In this document: positions 1 through 12,937 of the stretch, piece by piece | How the letters are laid out: every line of letters begins with the position of its first letter | How positions within the stretch are numbered: the stretch's first letter is position 1 | NCBI GenBank assembly: GCA_964304625.1 | Contig: OZ199839.1 | Coordinates: forward strand, 2,502,258-2,566,257 | Reading direction: 5' to 3' | Origin: Kudoa neothunni | Lineage: Eukaryota; Animalia; Cnidaria | DNA length: 64,000 nucleotides | The notes under the pieces: model-generated | Database searches by the model: none | What the model saw: only the letters and a program-made list of their open reading frames with translations | Told to the model about the DNA's origin: nothing | Translations under genes and position numbers: made by a program

Positions 1-1187
1 AGCACTTAGTATCGGAGGAAGAAAAAAACAAGCAATTTTACGACGATAAAATCGAGAATATCGCAGAAAGCATCGTATTATATCTAACCAATAAAGTTTG
101 TGATATTGCAACTGATCAAGATGTCAAAAAATTGCCGAATATTCCCCCAAAAAAGTCCGTTAATCAAGTGATTCGAGACATAAGAAAACGAAAGAGCATC
201 GATGTAAACCCTGAAACAAATCCAAATCTATGCGGATCGGTAATGACTTTAGGGAATAAAAAATTTTGTATATACGATTCTGAATCCGAGGGTAATAATA
301 GAATTATTATTTTTTTCAACAGGAGAAAATCTTTCGCACTTAAAACATTCAAAATTTTGGATTTACGATAGAACATTTAAGGTTGTTCCAAGAACGTTTT
401 CCCAAATGTTTACTATTCATGGCCACGTTTTGAACAAAATATTACCGCTGGTGTTTATATTAAGGTTAGATAAGATGGAGAAAAGCTATAACCGTGTTAT
501 TCAAATTATAAGGGATAAAGGAAACCAGGAACTTCCCCAAAACGCTATCATAGATTCTGAGGTGGCTGCGTATAATGCATTAAAAAAACAAACAAACATA
601 ATATGTTCTTCTGCTAGTCGCACCTTGGTCAGTGCGTTAGTGGAAAACTGCAGAAATTGTGTCTATCAAAGTGGTATCAGGAAAATAACGAATTAATACT
701 CTTTGTCAAGTGTATTATTTCGGTAGCATTTGTACCAAAAGATTGCGTAAAAATAGAATTTGAAAAATTGCTTTTTCAAGCCGAGAAAATTGACATAAAG
801 AATTTAAATTAATTCCTGAGTTATTTTGAGAAGAACTTTATTAGTAGTAACAAATACCCTGTTGAATCATGGAATGCTCGTTCTCGAACCCTTAATGGAA
901 TTCCTCTAATCTCCAATAGTGCAGAAAGTTTCCATAGACCTTTCTATACTAGGTACGATCAACCTCATTCAGGTCTATTGACTTTTATTAAAAATTTACA
1001 AGAGAGACGAAGCTCGGTTGAAAAAAAAGCCATGTTTTATTTGTGTGCTCCTAATAACGATCCTCGGAGCAAAGATGTTAAATTAAAAACGGATAATCTG
1101 AAAGCTTTATGTGAGCGTTACCATCGGTATTATGATACAGTCTTTGTTCAAATCATTTCGAAAGAATATGACTGGTATATAGAATAA
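1..1187 (+). mobile_element. Degenerate Mutator-like (MULE) DDE transposase, frameshifted, truncated by window start
   Basis: Joining frames gives WIYDRTFKVVPRTFSQMFTIHG (DGTF-like first Asp), IIDSEVAAYNALK (DFE..A.NA), SHLGQC (CxFH-like) and WNARSRTLNGIPLISNSAESFHR (TNNxxExxH-like). Multiple frameshifts and stops. Confidence 0.8.
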
Positions 1188-1223
1188 CCAGAATTTTCAC
1201 TACTTGCGTTTCGCTTCACAACA

Positions 1224-1470
1224 CAATGACTTATGGGTCGTGCGTAATCAAAAGGGATGGCAAAATCACTGCGTACGGACAATAACCACGCGACACGTAA
1301 CTTTGCGCATGCGAAAACAAACTAAAATTAGGTTATATTTTGACCAATTAGTATCTTTCTTTAATTTAATATTTGTAGTAAGTTTTAATGCAAAATGATT
1401 TATAATTTAAAGATACGCCAGAAATGTGTTGTGTGAAATTTTAAAGCTTATTATGAAACCATAAACCAAC
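1224..1470 (-). mobile_element. Partial inverted copy of Tc1/mariner-type MITE family (MITE-A)
   Basis: Starts CAATGACTTATGGGTCGTGCGTAATC and is the reverse complement of the right part of the copy ending at 13795. Confidence 0.65.
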
Positions 1471-1472
1471 CA

Positions 1473-3959
1473 CGGTAACTTATGGGCCGTGCGCAATTAT
1501 GCCCCGAGTGTAATGATTTTTTTCATAAAAAAGAAAATTACGGCTTGTGCCTCAACAGCTGGTAAAACAATTCCAACTCTAGCCCAAAGTTGAAACTATA
1601 AAATACAGTTGAGATTCGATAATGCGTAATTTTTGGACCCAAGAAAAATTACGCATTATCGAGACACGCGAACGCGCCTACAAAAACATACTTTATTTAA
1701 ACTTGTTTTACAAGTTTATCTTAGCTCTAATCAATGTTATTCAATTATTTCATATATAAGAAAATTATTTTAAATCAAAAACAATAAAAATGAAATAATT
1801 TTAAATTGATGCCATTTTTGAGATGATAATTTAAATATTCGATTCATTATTGGATGGAGAACAAAGATTAAAGATATAGCTTCTTGAACAAATGCCTTTC
1901 TTAATATACGTACTGCCTGTCTAATATCTAATATCTTTGTTGGAAACTTTTTTTGTACATCGTCAGGTTCGATTTCACTTTGAATTGGGTTTTTGTGGTT
2001 GATGCGATTTGTAATTTTCGTCCTCACATTTAGGAACGATACCATCATCAAAGCTAACATTCCTTGTTTTTTTATCAATTATAAACGTTAAAAGTTTGGT
2101 TTTAATTTATAATTTGGTCCTTTTTACAACTGTTAGCATCTCTTTCGATCTCCCCCATCCTATCACCTTAGATTAGATATAATTTGAAATGTTCACAATA
2201 ATTTCCGGTGTGATGCAGTTCGAGTTTTTTGGAGTCGAAATTGCATCAAGTAAAGTGTATTTAGAATTTGATGAATCATCTCATAATATCATATGATTAC
2301 ACATTAGTGTTTTATCTAAGTTTAAGACAATGAAATCACTCCTAGATGGATTTGTTGGAAAATAACTGTTGTATTTTTAGTTTAAAAAATCTTTATATCG
2401 CTAAAACAAACGATTTTTTTGATGTTTTGAGCATTGGCTCAGCTAGATTAGCATTTTTATGTTCTTTGCCATCATTTTGGAATTTAATTTGTTCATTGCC
2501 TAAAAATATAGCAAAAATCATCGAGGAATATTTTGGAGCTCAACACGCATAGGGTATGTTTTGACCTCCTTCCAACACCTAGGATTTTAGTAGTTTTCAA
2601 TTATTAATAATGGCAACTTTTCTCCACATAAAGAGTGTGATACCGAAATCGTTATGTTTTTTTGATAACTTTTATCCTTATGTCACTTTCCTTCCTTTAT
2701 TACGTAACTGCTCATAAAACATAGAGGTATCATCAATGTTTATTACATCTCTTGGGTTATAGGTGTTTATCAAATTTTTATTTTGATAGATCCACGAATT
2801 AATAGACGAAAGAATACTGCTCGCAGTTTTACCATTAAAGTGTTTAAAAATGATTCCAAATCTTTTTTAAACATCGTTACACATCCTTTACTTTCTTTAT
2901 AAATTTAAACTCTATTCTTTCTTGCAATGATAATAAACATTTTAAGAATAAGTCTCCAGAAATAATGTGATCCTTTGTGAGATTTTTGATAAACATCTTC
3001 ATCTGTGCTGATGATCTTTTATTTAAATGCATTTTCCTATTTCCTGCAATGTCTAAATTTTTGAGCTTTATTTCACGGTAAAGAATCCTGTCAAACATGG
3101 AATGTCCTCGAATATATATATTCAGATATAACAAAAATAACCATACCATTAAGTATAAGTTTTTCAACCGCCATTTTTATGGCACCATTTATTGTTTTTA
3201 ATGAAATTAAATACCGTATTACTCTAATTTTCTCGAAAATATCACACTGTTTCCTTCATCTATTGAAGATAAAATTATGCAATATCGAGTCATTGATTTT
3301 TTCGTTACACAATACTAAGTCAGGGACACGTAGAAAAAATATTTTTTATGTTTATTGTGAATTACTAATTTATTAAATGAAATAATAATAATAATTATTT
3401 AAAATTAATTTCCTATGTAATTATTTTCATAACGAAAATCTTAAATTACGCGATACCAAATCACTCAATATCCAATCTCGACTATATTATCAGAAGTAGA
3501 GAATAAATCAAACGCTAGATTTGAAACAATGAAGATCTTTGATGTAGAAATAAGATTTTCCTTGAATATTATTATAACCAAACAGACTGTTTGTTTTAAC
3601 ATTATGAAGATTTTTCTATTTAAAAGCAGTAAACTCTCAACGGAAGAAAAAATGGATCGAACTGATGAGAGAAAATTCTCAATATATTTTTATCAGCAAG
3701 GCTAATGAATTCCTTATGATACCTCCAAATCAATACCTATGTCTAATAGTTGGTTTATGACTGTATAAAAAGATTAAACATTTCGTATAACACATTCTTA
3801 CTGGATTTTTAAATTTTAAATCTCGCCCCATTACAAATAATTAAAATATTAAACTAAATAAGTATGTTAGTTGGACAAAATATAACCCAATTTTTAAATT
3901 TTTGTTTGATTTCGTGTCGTGCATAATCAAAATCATTACGCACGACCCATAAGTTATTG
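1473..3959 (+). mobile_element. MITE-A copy interrupted by a pogo/Tigger element
   Basis: TIRs CGGTAACTTATGGGCCGTGCG (1473) and CGCACGACCCATAAGTTATTG|TA (ending 3959). Segments 1500-1605 and 3487-3900 align contiguously to the uninterrupted copy at ~13090-13700. Confidence 0.75.
1606..3484 (-). mobile_element. pogo/Tigger-like (DDE_1) transposon with decayed transposase
   Basis: TA|CAGTTGAGATTCGATA at the left end and TATCCAATCTCGACTA|TA at the right end (imperfect TIR, TA TSD). Minus-strand remnant YNPRDVINIDDTSMFYEQL (~2710-2765) resembles the pogo/CENP-B 'YxxxdIfNxDETglFy' motif. Confidence 0.75.
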
Positions 3960-4249
3960 TATGTTTTTTGTGTTTAATTCGTATTCTGTTGTATAATAAT
4001 TCACCTTCTTTAGTTCTATCTTCTAATAAATATAAAAATTAATAAAAATTGCGATCTTATGCAAAAAAACTATTTCGATTACCGATTTTTACGCCCAAAA
4101 TCGGAAAACCTTAGCATGCGGTTAATGGCAATCTTCCTATTTAATTCATAACACTAGATAAACGAAAAGAAGTTTATATGTATAGATATTAAATATACAT
4201 ATTATTTTAAACCAATTACGGTTGATTTCCATTAAAAAAACATCAACCA

Positions 4250-4500
4250 AAACAGGTCTCCGAATGCTGAAAATAACCTTTTAGATTATATTCAATCGCC
4301 TTGTTTGAAGCGTATCTACTATCTCCTCTAATAATCCTTTTGGGTGAATTATTAACCTTATATTTTTTAATAAAACCACTTAATGTTGACCCTGGAATCC
4401 CTCAATCCTCGGAAACTTCTTTCTGGTCTTTTCTTTTGTCAGTGACAAGATGACAAGCAAGTGCCCTTGTATCTTCAGGATTATTCAATTTTCTTGGCAT
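4250..4500 (-). pseudogene. Possible Tc1/IS630-type transposase N-terminal HTH remnant
   Basis: MPRKLNNPEDTRALACHLVTDKRK/RPEEVSED*GIPGSTLSGFIKKYK, with one frameshift and one stop, has an HTH-like pattern. Confidence 0.35.
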
Positions 4501-5265
4501 CTTGGATGTCGTTTAATTTAGATTTAGTTTCAATTTCATTTTCATTTTCAACGGATCTAATTTCAAAATTGAAAAATCTAGTTAAAATTACCGCGAATCC
4601 TTTTTTGATTCCAATGAATACGGATTTTGAAGCAAAAACCGATACTATAACGGCATTACTCAATTCATAATTTTTACATTAAGAAATTTAAATATATATA
4701 TTTCCATCAAATCATTTAATTTTTTATAATATTATGCTTCATTGCCTATATTTGGTTAGATTTTTCAATAATTTCCAAAAACAATTATTACTGGGAAAGA
4801 TTACATCGTGGTTAATATTTTATTTTATTATCAAACTTAATCGTTTCTCAGTGCGTAAAAATGTTCATTATATATTTTGAAAGATAGTTAAATTAATAAA
4901 TTAAATATACATTTAAATAATTATAATAAAAAATTTAAACAAAAATATTTCTAGTAGGTTTGGATTATGTATTAAAACAAAATAAAGTCTGTGCAAACTC
5001 CATCTAACAAATCGGGGTTCCATAAGTAAAAAAAATTAAGATCGACAGATTCAAAACCTTACCGAGAATGAGAATATTGGAAAAATACATAGAGAAATAG
5101 CTATATTGTCTTGGTGTTAATTTTAGTGCACAATAGACGCTTAAATCGTCTATTATACGTCAGAACTTTCCTCGGAAAATTTTATTATTAATTTCAAAAT
5201 ATACTCAAATAAGGAGTGAGAAATTAATAGGGTGGATCTATCTGCGCGCACGCGCTGATAAATAT

Positions 5266-5955
5266 ATGGATGACGAACAGTTGAAACGATTAAACCAACA
5301 AGCCAATACATGTATATTGGCGTTTTTTGAACGAAGAAAAAACAACCCAACTATAGTGGTTCCTCCTTCTATGCTACCAGTGTCTCCACCTGTACGTGAA
5401 AACCAATTCAGATATAAAATGGACAACAGCTGTCTAGTTAAATCAACCACATCGGGTGTTATTGGTTATGCAATGGGTGGATTGTTCGGTGTGTTTATGT
5501 CGAGTATGAGGGCGGATTCATCTATGCATGTGTCCGCCGACTCTTCGCCATATTCCCTAAAGGCCATGTACAAAGAATTTAAAATGAATGCTAAAAGCAC
5601 CGCCAAAAATTTTGGGCAATTTAGTTTTGTGTTGGTTGGTACTGAATGTATGATTGAGAAGGTGATTAGAGGGATGGTGGGTGTGTTTGTGTTTTTATTG
5701 GTTTTTTAAGTATCGCGGAAAACATGACATCACCAACGAGATATTGGCTGGTATATTGGTTGGTGCAGTGGGTGGATTACGTGGTATATTAATCTGGATT
5801 TTTTGGGTGGTCGACAGTTGAGTGTTGACCCCATGTGTGATTCATTGATCAAGTCTTGATTGTTATTTTTAGCAAGTCCGAAGTTGGCTATGTTTGGCGG
5901 TTTGTCATTGGGTCTGTTTACCGGAGTTATTGGCATGTTTTTGGCCGGACATTAA
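5266..5955 (+). CDS. TIMM22: Mitochondrial inner membrane translocase subunit Tim22 (3 exons: 5266-5661, 5711-5783, 5872-5955)
   Basis: NSCLVKSTTSGVIGYAMGGLFGVFMSS...AKNFG...GTECMIEK|YRGKHDITNEILAGILVGAVGGLR|ASPKLAMFGG...AGH*. Tim17/22 family motifs with both conserved Cys and GT-AG introns. Confidence 0.9.
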
Positions 5956-6119
5956 TTTTTATGTTTTATACCCCCCATAAACAATACTATTGTTTTTGTA
6001 ATCTACTTAATTTACTGAACTAATGTATTCTGCGCAAACGCATTCCTATTACTAGCTAGTGATTTAACCGATTTTTCGATTTGAATAAGTTTTTCATTGG
6101 AGTGTTTGATCCTGCCAAA

Positions 6120-6577
6120 ATGAAAATAGTTAGTGCTATTAAATGGGCGATAAAGGGTGACGCAATCTCATCATTGTACACCCAACAGCATCAGATAGGA
6201 GATTACGGTGTGAATAAACTATGGAAAATATATCAAGGTGTAACCATCTCCAATGGCCAAGTAATGATAAACAGATAAAAATTTTAGTTGGTTTGTAACT
6301 GCTCAATTATTTTAGAAAGTTGGTATTTTTGTTCTGCAGAAATCCTCACTAAAAATATATCCCAAAGAAAGTCGTGAATATTACCTTTCATTAATGGCTA
6401 AGAGTGTGGATATGTTGAATACTCAAATTCATAACACAATGCTCAAAATAATAACACCTTTTACCGAGACGAAGTATTTTTGATTAGTATATTTTCTATT
6501 TAAATCATAAGTCCTTAAATTATCATTTAAATAAAAAAAACGCAATACGAATTCAATTTATTAACAGACTATATAAA

Positions 6578-6608
<31 letters not shown>

Positions 6609-9600
6609 GTGTGTAGTGAAAATAGGTAATATATTTGTTTTTCGCAACTCTTGTAGACATTAAATTATATTATCAAAAATGAATTAATTGTTATTAAATA
6701 TTTATTTAATAGGAATTCCCTTAAAAAAATTAAGCTAAAATCGTACATAATTAAAACTAATAATCCAAGCATATAAAAACAATTTTCAAATTTGCAATAT
6801 CGGCGAATAATGACAGTTTCATTGATCATTTGAAAGAGGTGGTATTGCGCAATATTAATGTATATCATTTCATATTTAAAGTCGGATATTCCTAGCGTTT
6901 TATAAAAATAACGCTCTCGGTATTTCATAATTTTAAGCTTAAATGAAGAAACGCACAATGTATTTATTCTAATAAATAATTTAAGTTAACCGAAATATTG
7001 ATATTCTACAGCAACGGTACCACTATTTGGGCCGCCATGCAATTTTTAATTCTGTTCTATTGTTTGATATTCGATTTCTTTCTCTTTAAAATTTAAATTT
7101 AAAACTTTTTTGTTACTAGCCAATCGACAATGATTGATTTTATTTATTATGCTATTTAAATTGTCTAGGAGGTTATTAATAAATGCCTCTTAGATTATTC
7201 TCATAATTTACATGCTTCCTCCTAGTATAAAGACCGATTGGCATTATTGAGCTAATTTTTAGTATATGAAGTATTAAACTGTTCAAAGTGTGGATACTCC
7301 AAACTATATAACAAAATGTCTTTAAAAATATTATTAATTATATTGGATAATTAGTAATATTTAAATTTTTAAAGGTAAAGTACTCATAAAAAATATTTTG
7401 AGATTTGATTGTCATTTATATTAATTTAAACATTTTTTTATTAAATTAACCAATTAACAATCGAATAACGACAAAATATTAATACAATGATATCACTTCA
7501 GTTTCTTGATAAAACAATCTCATTAGTTTCAATTTAAAAATTAACCACATGATCAGTTATAATTTATGATGTATCGAGGTTTGATACAAAAATATTGAAT
7601 AACGTGTTGTTTTGTTGATTGAAATAATATGTATTTGTTAGGGATAGTTACTGTTTTGTTAGCGAGCCTGTGATTGGTACACTGGAGAGTTTGATCCGAT
7701 CGAATAAATTAAAACAGACAGTTGTTGAAGATAAACTAAAATATGGCATTTATTCGTTGGCCAAAGGTCTCCATCATTTAAACAGATCTAATATATTTCT
7801 TCAGTGTTTGACTCCTTGTGAAATTCTTGTGACTCCTGAAATACGTTGGAAAATTGGTGGAGCTTTGTTCGCTACCAACGCAACCAATACAGCGCTTAAT
7901 GTCGCCAAATATAATAGCGAATGTTCTGCAATTATAAAAATACCTTTTGGTTATGTGTCGCCTGAAAATCTCGCTAAGGACGGAATCGCTAGTGGTGCGG
8001 GGGACGTTTTTTGGTTAGGATCAATTTTAGTCACTATATTCAATGCTTACTATCCTAACGGTTGTACAAACTCTTTGGTTACTACTGACTTTAAAGAATT
8101 TGAGTCTAATTTGAATCAAGTATTTCTTTTTAAACTAAGATATAAAATATGATTTGATTAAATCTCTCAAATGTTTGTTTTATTTTAGTTTAATTTTTCA
8201 AATCCTCCCTGCCTCAATGTTATACCTTCTGAAATTTACTCGTTGGTGAAAAAATGTATATCTGGTGACAAATACGGTAGAGCTGATTTGGACGATGTAT
8301 TAAATGTAATTTACCGCCAAAATAAAAACATTTATTTATTATTTCCATTCCGAAGAATGAATACCTCCATAATATCAATGTCGTTACAATGATTTCGGTG
8401 GATGTTATGCCCGCAATGACAGTAGGTGAACGTAAAAAGTTTCTGTTGTCACTTCAAAATACTTTGACTTCAATTTCAGTCGTAAGTTTTATTTATTATT
8501 ATTTTTGATTTGTTATTCACTGTTGTTACACGAATTTTTGTATGGATCAATGTTTTGAGGATAATAAACTTTTAAATTTAGGACACTATGGCCACATCAA
8601 TAATCCCCATGCTATTGGAGTATATGTATGAAGACGAGATGACAGTTATCAGTCTTAAAAATCTGATAACGCTAATTCAGCATAACGACTTTAAAGTGTA
8701 TCCAGGGCTGAATTATACAAGGTTGAAATATTTGGTGGATTCTCCTGATTTCGAGGTAGTACATTTTGAAGTTTACCCGAAAAAAAACAAATCAAATTCT
8801 GATTAATTTACTCATCACTTCTACCAATTTTAAATATCTAAATTTAGGTGATAGCGCTAATAATAGAAAATTTCGGCGAACTTAGAAAACATCCTGAAAC
8901 AATGCTAGCCAACAACTACGCTAAGTTGATTTGCAAAGGGCTCGAATCCAACCATATTCAATGTCAAGTATGTCTTTGGCTATTTTCAACTACTCTAATT
9001 CAACAAAATAACAAATTATATTTAGAAATTAGCTATCGATTCATTGATGGCCAAATTAGAAAACGAAGGTGTCAGCTTTGTGCCTACTTACACCGATATT
9101 ATTCCAAGCGTCGGTCGTCTTCTTTCCAATAACAATGTTCCTGCTTATGTATTTTCTTGTGTTTAATTTTTTTTCTCACCGCCACCAAGATCCATATTAA
9201 CGCTTTTATAAGTCTCACAAACTTGGTCAGTATGATCGATTATAGAAAAGTAGAAAATCTGATATTTCCAATTCTATTTGTCGTGACCAACACGGACGTG
9301 GCTTTTCTAATGGCCTGTCTTGGTATGTTGATTCATAGTTGTTTTTTGAGATGTGATGTTCCACCACATTTCCAGGGCTGATGCAAGCAATCTACAAGAA
9401 TCATGGGAAGAAATTAGATTCCACAATACTGCTCAGTCAATTGATTCCAATTTTACAAAAAATGGCTTTGCACCCAAATTTTAACCAGAAACAAGTAACA
9501 TTGAAATATTTTATTTTTGCATAAAAATCATCTTTTTTTAAGCTGAATGCTTTTAAAAGCACAATATTTTCGTTGTTAGATGCGGCTTTTTGTGAGCTGA

Positions 9601-11380
9601 CTCTTCTTCGACCAACTGGGTAATGTTTATGTTGAGTTTATTATTGGAAACAAAATTTTAGACCGGAAAATACCTCTAATACTCCTGGAAACGAAAACTG
9701 TATCAATGACTTTATTTCTTTATTTCAAACGTTTTAGTATCGAGGGCCAGCTCATTGCAGCGAAATGCTTCGAATGATAACTGCCTGAAAGCGCCAAAAA
9801 GACCTTCTTTCAGACCTAAAATTACAGATAATCCCACTCAGTCTGTTTTTAGTACTCCACCGCCTATTGCTTCAGATCCATTCGCAACCATCTCTCCTGT
9901 GTCCACCAAACCAGAAACATCTTTCATAACACAAGTGGTTTGTTTGTATTCTCTTTTATACATTGTCATAATTAATTAGAATGCCACGGGAAATTCAAAT
10001 GCCCCTAAACAGTATCTTTATTGAACTAATTTAAGTAATATAACGGGTTTTTAAATATAGGTTGGGAACGTACACTCCGCAAAGGCCTCAAGAAAATATT
10101 TCTACAACTTTTGATCCTTTTGGAATGTAATTTCATTTTCATAAATTTTAGTTGTATTTCAAATATTTTTAAGGTCGAAGAATCAATCACCACATCCCAA
10201 TCTAAATCAAACCACAGGGACTCCAAATAAACCAACTAAAATGGACACCCCGGTTCCTACATACAACAATCCATTCAAATTCTCTGAACCATCTCCAACA
10301 AACCAACCAAATAAAACAATTCAAAATTTTGGAGGGCTGAACAGTCAAACTGGAAAAAGTTTTCCAAATCCTGATGTTCTACAAAGTCAAACAAATCAAA
10401 ATAAGGGATTCTTCGGTAATCGCCCTTCTCAGCAGGACTTCCATAATTACGACGTCCCCAAAAGCCAAACCAACTCCACTACAGGATTCGCAAACAGTCA
10501 ACCTAGCCAAACCAACTCCACTACTGGATTCGTGAATAATCAACCTACTCAAAATTTCCCCAATTATAATACCCCCAAAAGTCAAACCAACTCCACTACT
10601 GGATTTGCAAACAGTCAACCTAGCCAAAATTTCCCTAATTATGACATCCCCAAAAGCCAAACCAACTCCACCACTGGATTCGTGAATAGTCAACCTACTC
10701 AAAATTTCCCCAATTATAATATCCCCAAAAGTCAAACCAACTCCACTATTGGATTCGTGAATAATCAACCTAGCCAAACCAGCTCCACTACCGGATTCGT
10801 GAATAGTCAACCGAGTCAAAATTTCCCTAATTATGACATCCCCAAAAGTCAAACCAACTCCACTACAGGATTCGCAAACAGTCAACCTAGCCAAACCAAC
10901 TCCACCACTGGATTCGTGAATAGTCAACCTAGCCAAACCAGCTCCACTACCGGATTCGTGAATAGTCAACCGAGTCAAAATTTCCCTAATTATGACATCC
11001 CCAAAAGTCAAACCAACTCCACTACAGGATTCGCAAACAGTCAACCTAGCCAAACCAACTCCACTACTGGATTCGTGAATAATCAACCTACTCAAAATTT
11101 CCCCAATTATAATATCCCCAATAGTCAAACCAACTCTACAACTGGATTCACAAAAAACCAAGCTAGCCAAAATTTTCCAGTTTACGACATCCCCAAAAGT
11201 CAAACAAATCCAAACCAGGGATTTTTCGGCGCGGGGACCAATCAAAGCCAACCCAATTATGATGTATTCGTAGGTCCAACAAATAAAAACTATGCTGCAA
11301 TGGGAAATAAATCTAATCAAAATATTCAAAATAATCAACCCCGTGACGCGTTAAAGGACCAAAGTAATTATAGTTATTAG
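6120..11380 (+). CDS. SCYL2: SCY1-like pseudokinase, SCYL2/CVAK104-like, multi-exon, with low-complexity repeat C-terminus
   Basis: Spliced N-terminus GDAISSLY..LWKIYQG..|KVGIFVLQK..ITPFTETK|DSYCFVSEPVIGTL..IYSLAKGLHHL..LTPCEILV..WKIGG..GYVSPE..DVFWLG, followed by HEAT-like helical exons and DPF/NPF motifs. Most introns are ~40-100 nt, with one of ~1.17 kb (6474-7641). Confidence 0.8.
6577..6615. repeat. (TG)n(TA)n microsatellite in SCYL2 intron 2
   Basis: tgtgtgtgtgtatatatatatatatatatatgtgtgt seen directly. Confidence 0.9.
10436..11210 (+). repeat. Coding tandem repeat built from 33-nt (NFPNYDIPKSQ) and 42-nt (TNSTTGF[AV]NSQPSQ) modules
   Basis: Near-identical nucleotide modules in irregular order within the last SCYL2 exon. 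Confidence 0.95.
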
Positions 11381-11693
11381 CTTCGAGAGTTCGATGATTG
11401 ATTATTGTTACACTTAGAAAATCCGTTTTCGTATGGAAACCAACACACATTAAATTCCAACTCAAACTTTCCATTTTAGACAGATTTTTAAAATATTTAT
11501 AAATGTGCTGACTGTAGTTGTTTGGAGAAATTTTTTGGATAATTTGTAATTTTATTGCGCAAAAGAAAAATTCAATCTCATATATATAATATTTTAACAC
11601 ATTCTCACATGAGAGAAACAAATAGGGAGAACAACACAGCAGATATTGTAGTATGTAAAAAGAAATGTTATAGAGGTAAATGATTCAGTCGGA

Positions 11694-12606
11694 TCAAGAA
11701 GACTTTTTATCAACAGCAGCATCTTTTTCTTTCGAATCAGTCTAAGTCAAAATATATCATTACTAACTCTTTCAAAATAGTTGGATTACCAGCATTTCAT
11801 ATTCATCTAAAAGGCGATCATATTCTCGCTTCAGTCCTTCGGATTGAGTCTTCATGGCGGCGTGATCTTTTCTCAATGTTTCCAACTCTAAATATTTTGT
11901 ATTTATACTAAAAATCGATCGAGATATTAAAACCTTGTTCCAGTTTGTTGTATTTTTCAGAAGACATTCCATCATTTGATTCCAGATTCTGTTTGAATTG
12001 TTCAGAAGTGTTTAGAGCCTGTTTTAACGTGGCTTCATGTGAGCATTCCAATCTCGCCATAGAACAAACAAGTTTTGTCAAACGATAGATAACCCTAAAG
12101 AGGCACACATATTACAGCCACATTAAAATTGAAATATCGATCAACTGGCTCACAGGACCAAAAATAACGATAATCCACTTATGTAAAGGTTGCGCTGAGA
12201 TCGGAACATATTCATTTTAGCTGAAGTAATTGAGTGAGCATTGATGTTTCCCATCAAACTTGAATGAGCTAAAGGACTATATTTCTTGATTTCCATAATG
12301 GAATCTAAACAACGTTCATTTTACTGTAACAAAACAAATTTTGCTAAAGATCAAGCTACCCGCCAAAAGAAACAACAGGAACAACAAATAGCTGAGAAAC
12401 CACAAATTTAAGAAGTTTTTAGTTTTCTTCACGAAATTCGATGTTATTATCCAATACATCCTATTTAACGTAGAAATCCAATTAAATAAATGGTCGAAGA
12501 TTTGACAGTAAAATATATACCGTTTTGGTGGAAAGAACAACAATACAACCACCAAAACAATTTCTGCTGCTAAAAGATACGACGCTGAAAGCATAAGAAT
12601 AGCCAT
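11694..12606 (-). CDS. BCAP31: B-cell receptor-associated protein 31/29 (Bap31), multi-exon
   Basis: Three TM segments, MFRSQRNLYISGLSLFL, AMKTQSEGLKREYDRLLDEY coiled coil, and a C-terminal KKxx ER-retrieval signal (DKKSS*). Confidence 0.9.
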
Positions 12607-12937
12607 TTTGACAGCTTATCGGCAGATATCGGCATGCGTTGCGCGCATATGTTCATCCTTCATCATGTGGCTACCTTCCCTATTTAATATCGATAATTCA
12701 TTACATTAAAAATCAAAAATTTTTAATATTTCAAATCACTTAACATTAATTCTATCGTTAATCACACATTGTTGGGGGATTATGTGATTAAAATTCAAAT
12801 ACGTTTGTTAACCTTTTAATCCAATAAACGAACTGTTAATATTCCATCACTCCAAAATATTAAATTTTATTTATTCAATACAGTTTGAATATTTTTTAAC
12901 TTTCTTTTCTAACGAAATGATTATCTACAAGAAATTA

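Noticed and set aside
10436-11210. Regularly spaced repeats as a CRISPR array
   Set aside because: There are no unique spacers, the units are in-frame multiples of 3 within a eukaryotic exon, and no cas genes are present.
10379-11338. 319-aa minus-strand ORF
   Set aside because: It is the antisense shadow of the SCYL2 coding repeat and stays open because the repeat modules lack stops.
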